From: Callorhinchus milii
Lineage: Eukaryota
NCBI RefSeq assembly: GCF_018977255.1
Contig: NW_024704743.1
Coordinates: 64,296,001-64,360,000 of the forward strand
Direction: 5' to 3'
DNA length: 64,000 bases
Shown here: one piece after another, positions 13,313 through 27,077 of the stretch
Position numbering within the stretch: the first letter of the stretch is position 1
How the letters are laid out: every line of letters begins with the position of its first letter
Translations under genes and position numbers: made by a program
Notes under the pieces: model-generated
Database searches by the model: none
The model's input: the letters and a program-made list of their open reading frames with translations, nothing else
Told to the model about the DNA's origin: nothing

Positions 13313-16300
13313 TATTTACGGTTAATATTTATGTTTAGTTATTTTAAAACATCGTAGAGTGTTATCAATCCCATGCACCATTACTATCCTTAGGACCATA
13401 GATCTGTGTAACATAGTAGTGCACAGAGGCAAGGAATTACAGGAACACATAAATTATTTGCTCTGCAAGTTCGGGGAATAGGTTCTTAATCACAATGAAT
13501 GCTCATAATTTGCAATATACACAGAGCTTTTGGAGAATGAAACAGTTTCCTGACACAAGAACAAATTGATATATATATAGGAATATATATATCTTGTAGA
13601 TTGTCACAAAAGGAATTGGGTGTTTCATTTATAATATTGGGGAAATTTGCAACCACTAATGTGTTAATTAACGCATTGTTGTAAAGGCAAGGTCCAGTTG
13701 AAAGATGTCCCAGTTCTGCACCTAATACATATGTTTTAACCCTACCCTCAGATAGGCATTCCCAACCGTTCCAGCCTGAGATTTTCCATTTGTCACACTA
13801 AGCGAACAGAGTGGGGTGGGTTTTCCAAATGGCATTGCCGGTAAAGTAGTATTTGCACTGGGAGAAAACAGCACTTTGTGCTGTAGAGCCCTGCTCATTC
13901 ATAATGAGCTTCAAATTGCCCAGATTCATGCCATCTAAAACTAATGTCTCTTTGATCCCAGAGACAATAAATTTGGCAGCAAATTTGCCCACGGCAATGT
14001 CTCACAAAAAGCCGTGAAGTGAAGGATCATTTATCGGAGAATTGTTAGCCAGGATGCCGGGAGAACCTCTTTCCAAATCGTGTGATTGAATCTTTAGTGT
14101 TCACCTGATCGAGCAGATGGGGCCTTGATTTAACTTTTCATTTAAAGGACGCCCTTCAGAAAATGCAGCCCTTTAAATGGAAGTAAATTAATCCGTTCAG
14201 TGAATTTGGATTAGGGAGGAATATTGACCAGGGAGAGGAAAGTAAGCAATGAATATAAGCAGGAATCATCAAGGGTTTAGGTTGTGCATCCAGCTGGCAG
14301 TTTATTTTGGCAGGTGTCTTCATACATTTGAATTGGCATTAGCGTTTGAGCCATCCCTGAGATGGGGTTCATTTACACCAGTGTCAATTTGGAACTTTTA
14401 ATTCAAAGGATTTGTAGTGACAAACTGCAATCATATGGAATTACATGGAGAGAGAGAAACTGTCAGTTGTTTTCATTGAAAAACAAGTAAGTGTGGAGTA
14501 ACACTGCTGTGCGCAATTGGCTGCCGCGTTTTGCCCACAAAATACACAGTCAGTTCACTTTCCAATATATTCTGTGAAGTGCTTTGAGACGTCTCAATTA
14601 TATGATTTAAATGATTTAAAAGGTGCAATATCAAATGCAAGGATTATTATTATTATAACATCAGTTCAATTTGTCTGCCTGTTAAAGTATAGCACTATAA
14701 TCTGTTTGATCAGTTGTGTAGAAAAATGAAATATATTTTTATTCTCTTTCTCACAATATTTACTCATGTCTGAATCAGCCCACAAACTTGATTCTCTCAA
14801 GGTGGACGTTAAAATCCCATCCCATTATTTGGAACGAGAAGGGAGTTTATCCCCGTGTCCTGGTCAGCAATCTCAGATAAAAGTGGTCATTCACTTCACA
14901 GCTGTTTGTGGGACATTGATTTACTTATATAAAAAATCTTGTGATGGTCTTTCTTCTCATTTTGCTAGCCAGGAACAATGCCTGGGTATAGGTAAGCTAC
15001 CCTGAAGAGATTTAAGGGGATGATCTGCTAGAGGTATTTAAATAACAGGTTAGATAGGGGATGCCTCTGCTTTATAGATGGATTCAAAACAATAGAACAC
15101 CTTTCAATTGGAGCCAAAAGTTAAATCAGAAAACATTTATTCACACTGAGGGTGGTGAGAATGTAGAATATATGGTTTCAGAAGGATGTAGATGCAGAAC
15201 TAATTGGTGTGTATAAAAGGTAGGGAACCGGAAATTTGGGAAGAATATTAAGGAATATGGAAAAAAGGCAAAGACATTAGATTAAAATATCTGTTGAAAA
15301 AGCTAGATGGGCCTTTGGAATGACCTCCTCCTGTTCCAGTACTTTTAAAAGGAGCATTATTCATTCATTGTTGTTGATGCGAGACTTACTAGTTATTAGA
15401 TTTTCATATTCTACAAAGGAGACAACTAGGTGTCAGCCTGTCTCAGTTACTAGCACTGTCACCTCTGAGTCATAGAGTTGTGGGCTCAAGCCTCACATTG
15501 CATGGGTGCTGTTTTGTTGAAGATGCCGTCCTTGTACATGCTGTTAGTCCCATTCATGGAAAGATGTTTAATGGATGTATGAGGAAGTCTAAGAGGTGTC
15601 ATTAACAGGGCTCTGTGGACATAATTAGCTAGTCTGGTGTAACAACAATTTTGCTACAGCTGTACAGTAATTACTTTGAAACAAACATGAATAATTTAAA
15701 CAAATCTTGTTTGGTGATCATTTACAGCCTCAACTTCCTCTGGCATATGGAAGCAGTGTTGAATACTTAACTCATTGCAACCATGCTGGCACAGCTAACC
15801 ACAATGAAATATGGATTATGGAAGAAATAAAAAGCTTCAGGGCATTACAGAACAGATGTCAGATGTTTTTGAGATTATTAACATTATTATTTTTGACATT
15901 TTCCTCAACACTAAGCCCAGCTGGATGCTGGTTAGTAGGATACTTGTCACATCTTGAGTGATATGGAATCTCCTGGGATTTTTTTGTTGTTTATTACCAG
16001 GAATCTGTTTGTGTCGGACAGTCGGGATCAAATCCGAATTCTGTTCCAAGCACTTTGTCCTGGATATGGTGACGAATAATTCTGATCCTTCTATCTGCAT
16101 TTGATATAGCATCTGTTACACCAGAAGGACATCTCAAAATGCTTCACAAGATATGCTGTAAAGTGTATTGACTATGTGTTTTGTAGGTGAATGCATGCTT
16201 TGAAAGAAAAGGAGTTCATACTTATAGTTCAAACTCGGATTTACCTCAATTTCCTTTGAATAATAATATCTGGAAGGAGAGGTGAGAAGTGAGAGCAAAA

Positions 16301-17359
16301 GTAGAAGTTTCCCATTGAGAAAGAGAAAGGTTCAGCGTAATCGCAGAGAGAAAATAATACCATTTTAATTTAGTCAAGAATTCCAGACGGCATCATGAAC
16401 TCTGAGAGCGAACTTAAAACAATTCTCCAAATATCATTTGAGACCTTTAATGAAATTCAAGACAGATAGAGAGCGGGCTAGACAGAGGGAGTTCCAGAGG
16501 TTTGGAGTGTAGTTGTTGATTGCTGAGCCATCAATGGTGGTGTCTTGCTAGAGGTCCGTGTTTTTCTGAGCGGAGCAGGTGAGCTAGGAGAATAGTCACT
16601 CCTTGTTGTGTAGAATCTGTATAATCTGTAATATGAGATGAATTTTTTTTCCAGAGGACAATGAAAATAGCATTGAGGTTAGAATGATTAGAGGTGGGGA
16701 ATCTGTGCAGAATTAGGCCAGTCAGATTATTCATAGAGGGTGTAATATAGAAACAATAGATGCCTAAGGAATGACACCAGGGTGGTGGTCTCAAGTCCGG
16801 CTCAGCTGTTGGACTGAAATTCTGGTCAGTGTTCTATGTTGCGACATTGACAATAATGGGAATGTAATGGGAATTGCTCATTTTATCACAAATCACTAAA
16901 GTCATTGCACGGAATATAGACTGAAATTTCGGCTCTTTGAAGGATGTGGGGAAGTTAGAGAATGGAAATCACTCCAGCTCTCCATTTGTTTGACAATATG
17001 AATTGTGGTGTCAGGAACCCTTCTATACTGGATTTTATACTGCCGATGAGACTGAGGCAACCAAATTTGTCCATGCTGCTCCAAACGCTCGTGTGCAGAC
17101 TGAAGAGAACGGATTTGAATGCTTTTGATGTCTATTATGTTCAAATGGAAAAAATTAACATGCACTTTTATACTATCTTACACATTGAAATGTCTTGAAG
17201 CAGTTTATAGTATTCATGGTTTAAAATGTAGTGACTGTTAACCTGCCAAAACTCACTGTCAAGGTTTGCACACCAACGATACGTACTTGGTTGAGTTATC
17301 AGACAGTGACAACCTATGGACTGTATCCCATGAGAAAGAAATAGGAGTCAATATCATTA

Positions 17360-17640
17360 GAATACATTAGAATATGTAGCACAGTAACAGGCCGTTCGGC
17401 CCAACTGGCCTATGCCGGTGTTTATGCTCTACATGAGCTCCTCCTGCCCTTCCTCAACTCAACTTTCAAGCATAACCTTCTATGCTTTTCTCCCTCATGT
17501 ACCTATCCAGCTTTCTCTTAAATACATCTATGCTATTTACCTCAACAACTCTTTGTGGTAGCAAGTTCCACATTCCCATTATTCTCTGTGTGAAGAAATT
17601 GCTTCTAACTCCCCTGTTTGATCTATTTGTGACTATTTTA
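17360..17640 (-). mobile_element. CR1 3' remnant (similar ones at ~15000-15340, 28400-28915, 31060-31280, 41470-41880, 42945-43500, 56355-56505, 63150-63620)
   Basis: FFTQRIMGMWNLLPQRVVE...FKRKLDRYM, the CR1 ORF2 C-terminus. Confidence 0.8.
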
Positions 17641-19245
17641 TATTGGCTGCCACATTTCACCCACAAATATACACTCAATTCATTTTACAGTATATTCTGT
17701 GAAGCGCTTTGAGATGTCTAGAAGACGTGAAAAACACTATACCAAATTCAGATTATTATTATTAAATATAGATATATATAGGGAGATGTAGGGCATGAAG
17801 GGATTTATAGGTGATGGTGAGAACCTTGAAGTAGATTGAAGAAGACAATGGAGCCTGGCAATGAATGGGGTGATGGGAGTGCGAAGTTTAGTGCTGGTGA
17901 GGATGCCGGTGTTGGAATTTGGACTTGATGTGAGTTATGAATTAGAGTAATCTCTGATGGTCTGGGAAAGGCAGATTTGCTGGAGGTGTGTTGGTTGAAT
18001 GTACTTGTGAAGATGACCTAAGAACTATTGAGCTGATTCATAAAACAGGCATAGGACTCACCAAGGCAATTGATCTAGTTAAATCAATTGAAACTAGCAC
18101 TCTAATGATCTTGAAGTGCCATGCCACACAGAAATTAACCAGAAAATTGTTCAATTGAGCTAGGATAAAAATATGAGGTTCTACAAGAGATGACTCTGAG
18201 GATAATAATTTCTTATACCTGAACATCTTCAATTACGCACACGGGTTATTGTGAACTTACAACAGGAATTACATAGAAATGGCCTAAAACTGGTGCAGTT
18301 ATTTTTACGCAAAGTTCATAAATTGCAATGGGAAATGTAATGCTTTTTGTAAAAATTGTGCTTACTTAGAGCAATGCTGGGCACTAGTTCCTCAGGTTGG
18401 GAGGTGACGCTCCATGTAGGTAATGCACCAACATGCTGATTTGGTGCACAAGCTCCACACCTCCAATTGGTGGAACCACTAGAAGGAATATGTGCCCAAG
18501 CTGCGGACAGAAAGATGGTGGCAATGCTCTCAGGCATTTCATGCTGAGCTGTTTTCCCACTAGGAAGCTTGCAGGGAGTTCCTAGTATCTACCATTAACC
18601 TAATGAGAGCTCACAATTGCATTTGTCAGATGTCAAATGACCAACTCGTGACTATCCTACTTGCGGCGGTGGATGTAAGGGGTCTCCTTGGAGTTGAACT
18701 GGCTCCAAGGTGACATGTTTAGCAACGAAATGTCAGAATCAAGCCAGTCATCTGTGTCAGTCTCGGGCCAGGCAGGGTCCAGAGTACTGGACAGCCAGCC
18801 TCGCTTATCAGAAGAACTTGGAAGGGCAGACCAGTCATTGGGGGCAGGGACTCTTCCCACTCAGCTCCTGTAACCCTGCAAGCCAAAGATCCAATGGGTA
18901 GGGTGGTCCAAGCTGGACAAGAGGCGGGAAGCTTGCCAGACAGTAATATCCATGGCAAGCTATGCGGTTTTAGCTGGTTAGACTCCAGCAGTACCCCAAC
19001 CACACTCTGGCTCCAAAGGGTTTGGCTCTTGCCAACCTGTGCCTAATACTCTCCAGAATTAGGTTAGCAGGATGCATTCCCAGAAATAGAGTGCGTATTC
19101 CATTCCAATAAGTATCTTGAGAATTTCCATGTGTAGGTGGGATGCATGGAATTCTCAGTTTGCTTTGGATACTCCTGGTGATGGGTTTCCACATGTCACA
19201 CACCTGGCTGACCAAACAAATGATGATTTGCTTCGTATTAGAGAT

Positions 19246-20775
19246 AATAATAATAATTCTTGCATTTTATATAGCGCCTTATCACATCTTTGAAGCGTCA
19301 TAAAGTGCTTCACAGAATATACTGTAAAGTGTAGTAACTGTATATTTTGTGGCCGAAAAGCAGCAGCCAATTGCACACAGCAGTGTCCCACTAACAGTTG
19401 TGGATTGAATGACCACATTACTATTTTTTTGAAAGGGATGCTTTCCAGCTTTGTTCCTTCCTCTCCTGCCACTCCCTCTACGAACTCCTCCAATCGGGTG
19501 TCCATGCTGCCTACAGCACAGAAACTGCCCTGGTCAAAATGACAAATTACATTTTGTCCTCATCCGTGGAATCCTGTAGCTCAGTGGTTAGAGCACTCGT
19601 CTTGCAAGTGAGACACCTGGGTTCAATTCCAGACAGGGCGAAACCTTGGGCAAGTTTCCTTACTCCACACACCTAATAATAATCCCTCCAAAATAGAACA
19701 ATAATAAATTGATAATTTTCAATCCACGACTGTTTGTGGGACTCCTTTGTGCGCAATTGGCTGCCGCGTTTCGCCCACAAATATAGGGTCAATTCACTTT
19801 ACAGCATATTCTGTGAAGAGCTTTGAGATGTCTAGAAGACATGAAAAGCGCTATATCAAATGCAAGGATTATTATTATTATATTATTATCCAATCATTTA
19901 TTACATCTACAACAACAAAATTACATTTGTAAAGCACCTTTCACATCAGGAGGACATCCCAAAGCGCTGACAGTCAGGGATCAGAACCCGAGCTTGTGGG
20001 CGGGGCAGGTTTGGGATAAGGGAGGGCAGAGAGGTAGGAGGGTGGCTGAAGGCAGGTTGAGGGCGACATCCAGGCTCGACTATGCCAACTCATTCAAAAC
20101 TCTGCAGCTTGTGTCCTCTCCCGCTTCAGGCTCCATGACCCTACCATCCCCACCCTCGCTCGGTTCCACTTGCTCCCCATCCCCCAGAGTTAAAAATCCT
20201 CATCGTCATCTTCAAAGCCCTCCATAGCTTTGCTCCTTCCTTTCTTTGTGACCTGCTAACCCATATCAATCTGTCCGCTTCCTCCGCTCAGCAGGCTCCG
20301 GCCTGCTCCATGTCCCCCGCCCGGCCGCCCCACCATCTCCAGTCAGGCCTTCAACCTCGCAGTCCCCACCCTTTGGAACTCCATCCTACAGTCCCTTCGT
20401 TTTGTTCTCCCCCTTGTCTCCTTCAAGGTATGTCTCAAGACCCTCCTCTTCGACTGTGCCTTCAGCCACCCTCCCACCCCTACCTTCCCTGACCTCCACC
20501 CCTCCTAATCCCAACCCCTGCTCGGGTCCAAATCCCTGACTCTACAGCACCTTGGGATGTCCTCTTGACATGAAGGCCTCTTGTAATGTAATTTGTTGTT
20601 GTTGTATTACCACTGGAATGCGATTCGCGAATCGACTAACTGGGTTCCTACTTACTGCTAGTAAGCAGAGGTGTGTGGCATAAGGAAACATGCCTAAGAT
20701 TTTGCCCTGCCCGGGAATCATGCCCAGGCCCTCTTGCTAGTGAGGCGAGTGCTCTAATCAATACACCACAGGACT
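19246..20775. mobile_element. Multi-layer nest: minus-strand SINE split by a deleted L2, which contains a young SINE (19566-19890, +) and an inverted L2 tail (19907-20065, -)
   Basis: The two SINE halves match the contiguous copy at 12960-13312; L2 STETALVK motif near 19515 and L2 3' end at 20066-20604. Confidence 0.75.
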
Positions 20776-21126
20776 GTTTTTCCATGTTAGTTGTCCGTGT
20801 AAATCCCTTAGATGAGATGTTAAGGGAAGGATCTCTTGCCATATTCTACGAAATGGTGTAATATAAAAACAAAATTGTGGCATAAGTTATGCATGTTTAC
20901 GAATAAGACAAGTGACTCAATCAATATTGTAGCTTCTAAATCTTCCTCTCCAAACAGAAAACATGATCTAATAGGCTCAAGGGCGTGAAAGGCCAACTCC
21001 TGTTCCTATGTTTCTAAAACAGTGTCTAGATAAATGTCTGAAGTGATTGATGATAAAAGATGCAATATGTGAGCTGATCAATCTCAGCTCTATTGACTGA
21101 CTCTGTTTTGTCTTTGCTTTCTGAAG

Positions 21127-21308
21127 ACGTTCAATCTCTGGCAGAAAAATGAATTGCCCAACAATTTACTGACTACGTTTGACCAAATGGTGGCATCTCT
21201 ACTGAGGCATTCAACAAGCAGCCAGGGTTGGAGCACAATCTCTTCAGTGCAAAGGATTGTTCATCTGATCAGTGACTTGATTCATTTGCTTCCAAGATCA
21301 CCAGAGGA
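21127..21308 (+). CDS. ABCA13: ABCA13 exon (182 nt, phase 0->2): TFNLWQKNELPNNLL...LLPRSPE
   Basis: Pyrimidine tract plus aag acceptor, gtaagt donor, open frame. Confidence 0.82.
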
Positions 21309-22374
21309 GTAAGTCACATGTTCCATAAGACTAATATAGGGTAATCTATGAATTAGCATGTCTTTATTTTTCCTTGTGATGTTTATCTAGAAGTAATAGG
21401 CCATCTATATTTGTTCCTTAAAACATCAAAATAAGTATGTACCTATTTTCCCAAATAGGATGGTTGAGAGAAGTTTTTATATCATCTGGTCATCTAAGAG
21501 GCCCTGTGCAGCAGCCAATGGAAATAGACACACATTTACATAGAATTTACAGCACAGCACAGAAACACGCCATTCAACAACAATTTGCATCTATATAGCA
21601 CTCCTCACCAGAATAGTATCCCATGGTGCTTGAGAGTGGCAGAGCACAAAGCTACGTTGGGGGGAGGAGGGAGGTGACCATAGGTACCATCGAAGAGAAA
21701 GATGAGGAAGGAGGGGCAAGGTAGATGGATAAAGAGAGAGTGTTCCAGAGTTTCAGGGTGCAGTAGCTGAAAACCTAGGCATTGATGGTGGAATGGAGGG
21801 TTCGAGGAACAAGCAGGAGGTTGATTTCAGCCAACCGTTCTGTTCCCCTGTTTATACTCCACATGAGTCCCCATTCCTTACTTTCTCCCATGTCCTTCTT
21901 TTTCCTTCTCTCTCATATGTGTAGATCATTTGGAACTGAAGCTGAATTATGAAGGATTTGTATCTTAGCATAGACCTGCTGTTATGAAATGATGAGAGCT
22001 AGATTCACACTTACCTTTGCCACACATTGAGTTCCTAATCCCACCCGGGCAGCCAGAGGAATTACTCAGCAAGAGGTATCACTTCCCTACAGAATTCAAC
22101 TACATTTGGCAAGTGAACCACTCAAGTTCTGGTCCTGTGTATTGCTGAGTTCTCAAATTAAATGCCATCCCCTTTCTCACTGAATTCACTTTTCAAACTT
22201 CCAACCATGAACCGAACAAGAAACTTCATCCAGATCTGCCTCGTGATGTTGTCACCAAACCTTCTTTAGTTATTATGAGCCTAATCTACAGAAGTATAAC
22301 TGTAGCATTCACTTTCTCCACAAGGTGATGCAATTCCATGGTTAGAAAGCCTAATGTTGCAATTTTATTTCCAG

Positions 22375-22505
22375 AGTAATAGAGGGTCTAGGAAAGATGG
22401 AGGAAACTCTTCGGACTGAGCCAGAATGGCCTGAGATCAAGAAGATTCTCAATATGATCGAAGCTATGAGGAGCGTTACTTTGCAAACATTGAACTCCAT
22501 GAAAG
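22375..22505 (+). CDS. ABCA13: ABCA13 exon (131 nt, phase 2->1): VIEGLGKMEETLRTEPEWPEIKKIL...NSMK
   Basis: tttccag acceptor, gtagga donor; PEWPEIKKIL resembles human PQWPALKRFL (recalled). Confidence 0.88.
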
Positions 22506-23638
22506 GTAGGAGCATAGAGTACTTAATGATGATTGGGTGTGGTCTAGGAGGTGGGGAGGGGGTGAGGGAGGGAATGGGGCCCATGAGGAACATGCAAAAA
22601 ACATTTATCAGTGATCATTCGAGGCTAAGAATTGATTCTGTGTGTGTTCCTGTTTGTAGCTAAGTTTCTGTGCACGGAAGCTGATCTTTCAGCATTTTGT
22701 CCACAAATTACACAGTCATTTCAGTTTCTAGTATGTTCTGTGAAGCGCTTTGAGACATCTCAACTACATGATGAGGCGCCACATAATTTATTATTATTAC
22801 CTTGTTTGTTAGGCATCAGAGATAGAATATGCACATCCATATCAAAGGCCTCTGCTCAGGCACAGTGCTCTGGGGAAGCACCGACCGGAGGCACGTTACT
22901 TCTGTCACAGTGGGAAAAAGAACTGGAAAGAGAATCCCCTCACATGTTCCTCCATCAACTAACTCCAGTGCGTTCATAATGGCAGAGACACAGGAGCAGG
23001 GTGCTTGCCTGCCTGCCTTCCCCATAGCTTGGAGATCAGGATAGGGAAGAAAAACACACACAAAAAAACAAAAGAGATAGGGTCCATTCATTTAGACATG
23101 CAAAAACAAGTTTGCTGGTGTTGAGGTGCAGGTTGGGATTTAATCTTGAATATTCATAAAATGTTGGAGATTCACTCTCATGGTCTGATTCTTTAAATAA
23201 GAATCCCATTATTCTTGTAGGGAATAGAGGGGAGTAGGAGGGATGAGGACTCGTGGTGACTATAAATACTAGCATGGACTAGTTGGGCTGAATGGTCTGT
23301 TTCCATGGCATATTACTGTCTGAATCTCAATATTGTTGCTCCTTCTGTGTATCCTTTTGAGCTAATAATAATAATTCTTATATTTGATATATTGCCTTTC
23401 ACATCGGAGGCCATCTCACATGGGATGTACTGTAAAGTTGAGACTGGGTTTTTTGTGGGTGAATGCGGCAGTCAATTTGCACACAGCAAAGGCAATGGGA
23501 GATGAAGAACTATTTTAATTGTCTGTAGGCTATTCTGACAGGATAACTTACAACCTTTATTGGTTGCATTGTATCTACCGTCAGTGATCCCTCAACAAGT
23601 TTCTCTGAGGGCTGAAACCTCAGCAACCTCACAGCACT

Positions 23639-23672
23639 TGCACTGCAATTGAAAGTCCAGCAGGGGGCAGTA
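23639..23672 (+). promoter_or_regulatory. Putative CTCF binding site (core plus upstream module)
   Basis: Core agtCCAGCAGGGGGCAGta preceded, after a 6-nt spacer, by TGCACTGCA. Confidence 0.55.
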
Positions 23673-25501
23673 TATCAGTGATGTTTCAGATGGTGCACCA
23701 TAGACAGCATATCATTCATAATTAACCAACCTACAGTTGCGTTCTGTTTTAATGATATATTGTGCAATACAGTTCTATAACTTTTATAGGTCTGTACAAT
23801 ACATTGAAATTCAGCACTCACTAAATGTGTGTTTTTATAAATTAACATCTGTAACTGAATTCAAGATGTGATCAGATTTCAGAGTTTGGTATCTATGAGC
23901 AACTCCTTAAACAAATGGCCCAATGCTCTTAATACAAATTATCATCTGCCATTTGTACTGCACACATCCTGGTTGAAGTAACATTTAAAAAACATTTCAT
24001 TTTTTTTTCTGGTTACAATGTGGTCTCTGATTATCCCAAATGTACAACAACAACTTGAATTTATATAGCCCCCTTCTCACAGGTAGTATCTCGGTGCTCA
24101 AGTGTAAACTGCAAGTAAATTGCATGTTATATGTGTTGTGTGTAAACTATGTGTAAGCACGTGCGCAGAATAAATTACGGATGCCCTTAATTATCATAGG
24201 TGAAAACAATTGGGTGGTAATTCTATAATTAATAAATACCTTTCATTCTTTGTTGTTTGCACAGTTAAGGCCCTGCATAATTCTTTCTATGTGTGTGTAT
24301 ATGCACTTGCACATGGTTACAAAGAGTGCATAATTGCCCTCAGTATTTTATCACAAGTTTAGTTGACTCAGTCTGTGTTGGTCTCTCTGTATCTGTGCAG
24401 CATGTTTGTGCATTCAATCTCTTTACTCCTTCAAATATCAGAAGTACTGTGGCAGCAAAGCTGTGTTTGTACTGTGCGTTTAGTGGCAAATTGTTGTTGA
24501 TCAGGGAGATATAAATCTGGGTCGAATTAACAATAATTGTGCTTGACTAGGGCATTTCAGGAGTGATTAAAATTGTCCTAAACACAGTGGCTGTAAATTA
24601 TTGCTGCTCATCACCTGTTTAGTTCCCAACCCATTACCCGCTGCCTCCACTCGACTGGCTCTAGCCTCCCTCATGTCCTTTGTGCCCTCCGTTCCACCAT
24701 CAGTGCTCACACTTTCAGCCCCAAAACTCTGGAACACTCTTCCTCTATCCCTTTACCTTGCCTCTTTCTTCCCCAGCTTCAGGTTGAGCCTCTTCGACCG
24801 TAGTAAGGTGACACCCCCTCTCTCCCCAGCTTGGCGTTGTGCTCCGCCACTACCAAGCGCTCTGGGACGCTACTCTGGTGAGGGACGCTGTATAAATGCA
24901 AGTTGCTGTTGTTGAAATTCATGATAAACATTGTAAAACTGTTAATAATTGTTTTCTGGTGATATTTCCTATTGCTGATGAGTCGAATCTAGGCAGATTG
25001 CTGATCTGACCGATTGTCTGTCAGATATTGAGTCCTGGATGAGTTCTACCTGTCAATAGACCAGAGGCTCTTCTTCCTGGCTCCCTTCAGCACCTTCTCA
25101 CCTCAGGCACTGACACCATCAATCTACACAATGCTCACTTCACCTCACAGAACCAGTCCGATCCCCAACTGTCCTTCAAACCTTATATCTGGGCTTTCAC
25201 TTGCTCGGAATCTCTCATCGTCCTGTTTGACTATTTAAATGTCCTGCTTGCCGAACTGCATCAGACATTCTGCCTCACTGTCCGGAACTCCATCCAGAAC
25301 TCCTATCTCTCTCTGCCTTTAAACCCCCCCTTGAGACTTATCTTTTTGACCACTTTAAGCCATCTTTTGCACACTCCACTGCAGCTCGAGCTCCCAATCA
25401 GCACTTTGTGAAGTCCGCTTGACACGAAAAGCACAACATAAATGTAAATCATTGTTAATTCACTATTGTATTCATATGTATTTTCTGTTATCATCTTTCA
25501 G

Positions 25502-25602
25502 CTGTTCTGGAGTTTCTGGGAAAAGTGTCCTCCACCTTGGGAGTGAATCTTGTGGATCGTATGATCCTAGACATGGACGTGATGATGACAGAACTCAAAA
25601 CG
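25502..25602 (+). CDS. ABCA13: ABCA13 exon (101 nt, phase 1->0): VLEFLGKVSSTLGVNLVDRMILDMDVMMTELKT
   Basis: ctttcag acceptor, gtaaat donor, phases fit both neighbours. Confidence 0.82.
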
Positions 25603-25642
25603 GTAAATCAGTTTTACAGAAGTGTGTGTCTGTCAAAGCCAA

Positions 25643-27050
25643 TGTCATAGGATCGTAGAATTATACAGCACAGAAGGAGGCCATTCGGCCCATCGGCCCA
25701 TCGTGTCTATGCTGGCTCTTTTAAAAGAGCTATCCAAATCAATCCCACGCCTCCGCTCTCTCCTCATAGCCCTGCAAATTTGTCCTCCCCAAATAATTAT
25801 CTACTTCTCTTTTAAAAGTTGTTATTGAATCAGCTTCCGCCACCCTTTCAGGCAATGCATTCCAGATCCGAACAACTCACTGTGTGAAAAAAAATTCTCC
25901 TCACCTCCTCTCTGTTTCTTTTAACATCTATTTTAATTCGGTGCACTCAGGTCACCGACCCACCCACCAGTGGAAATAGTTTCCCCTTGTTCACCCTATC
26001 GAATCCCCTCATAATTTTTAAATCTTCTATTAAGTCTCCTCTTAACCTTCTTTGCTCCAAGGAGAGTAACCCTAGCTTCTCTAGCCTTTCCTGAGAACTG
26101 AAGTCCCTCATTCCTGGTACCGTGCTGGTAATTCTCCTTTGCAGCCTCTCCATCCTAAAGTGTGGTGCCCAGAACTGAACACATTACTCTAGCTTGGGCA
26201 TAACCAGTGTTTTCTAAAGGTTCTTCATAACTTCCTGACTTTTGTATTCTGTGCCCCTAGAGTCCTGTAGCTCAGTGGTTAGAGCACTCGCTTTGCAAGT
26301 GAGAGACCTGAGTTCAATTCCAGGCAGAGCAAAACCTTGGGCAAGTTTCTTTACTTCACACAGAGCCTAATAATAATCCCTCCAAAACCAAAAACAATAA
26401 TAAAAATTGGTCATTTTCAATCTACGACTGTTTGTGGGACATTGCTGTGCGCAATTGGCTGCCGCGTTTGCCCACAAATATACAGTCAATTCACTTCTGT
26501 GAAGCGCTTTGGGACGTCCTCCCGACATGAAAAGCGCTATATCAAATGCAAGGATTATTATTATTATTATTATTTATAAAGCTCGGTATCCCATATGCTT
26601 TTGTTTTTACCAGTTTTACCTGTCCTGCCACTTTCAAATATTTACTTATGTGAAGCCCCAGGTTCCTTCAGCCCCTTTAAGATAAGCCCAATAGCTATTA
26701 TTGCCTCTCCTCATTCTTCCTTCCAAAATGCATCACTTCGCATTTCTCCACATTTAACTTCATCTGCCACATGTCTGCCCATTTTACCAATCTGTCTATG
26801 TCCTCTTGCAGCCTTACTATCTTCCTCACTGTTTACTACTTTTCCCAGCTTAGTATCCTCTGCAAACTTGGAAATTGTACTCCGTATATCCAAGTCCAGA
26901 TCATTTATATAGATCAAAAAGAGCAGTGGTCCCAGGGAGACATCACTGCACACTTCCCTCCAGTCAGAAAAACAACCGTTCATCACCACTCTCTGCTTTC
27001 TGTCTGCCAGCCAGTTCTGTGTTGATGCTGCCACTGTCCCTTTAATACCA
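25643..27050 (-). mobile_element. CR1-clade LINE 3' part, with a young SINE nested at 26259-26575
   Basis: WLADRKQRVV...LGPLLFLIYINDL...KFAEDTKL and ERLEKLGLLSLEQRRLRGDLIE; ttcta-type 3' tail. Confidence 0.92.
26259..26575 (+). mobile_element. Young tRNA-derived SINE (type A) inside CR1
   Basis: Matches 3578-3902. Confidence 0.9.
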
Positions 27051-27077
27051 CATACATCGATCGCATCAGATTGTTTC

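Noticed and set aside
18630..19215. GC-richer stretch with several overlapping short ORFs
   Set aside because: No recognisable domain or phase-compatible exon; probably a decayed repeat that I cannot classify
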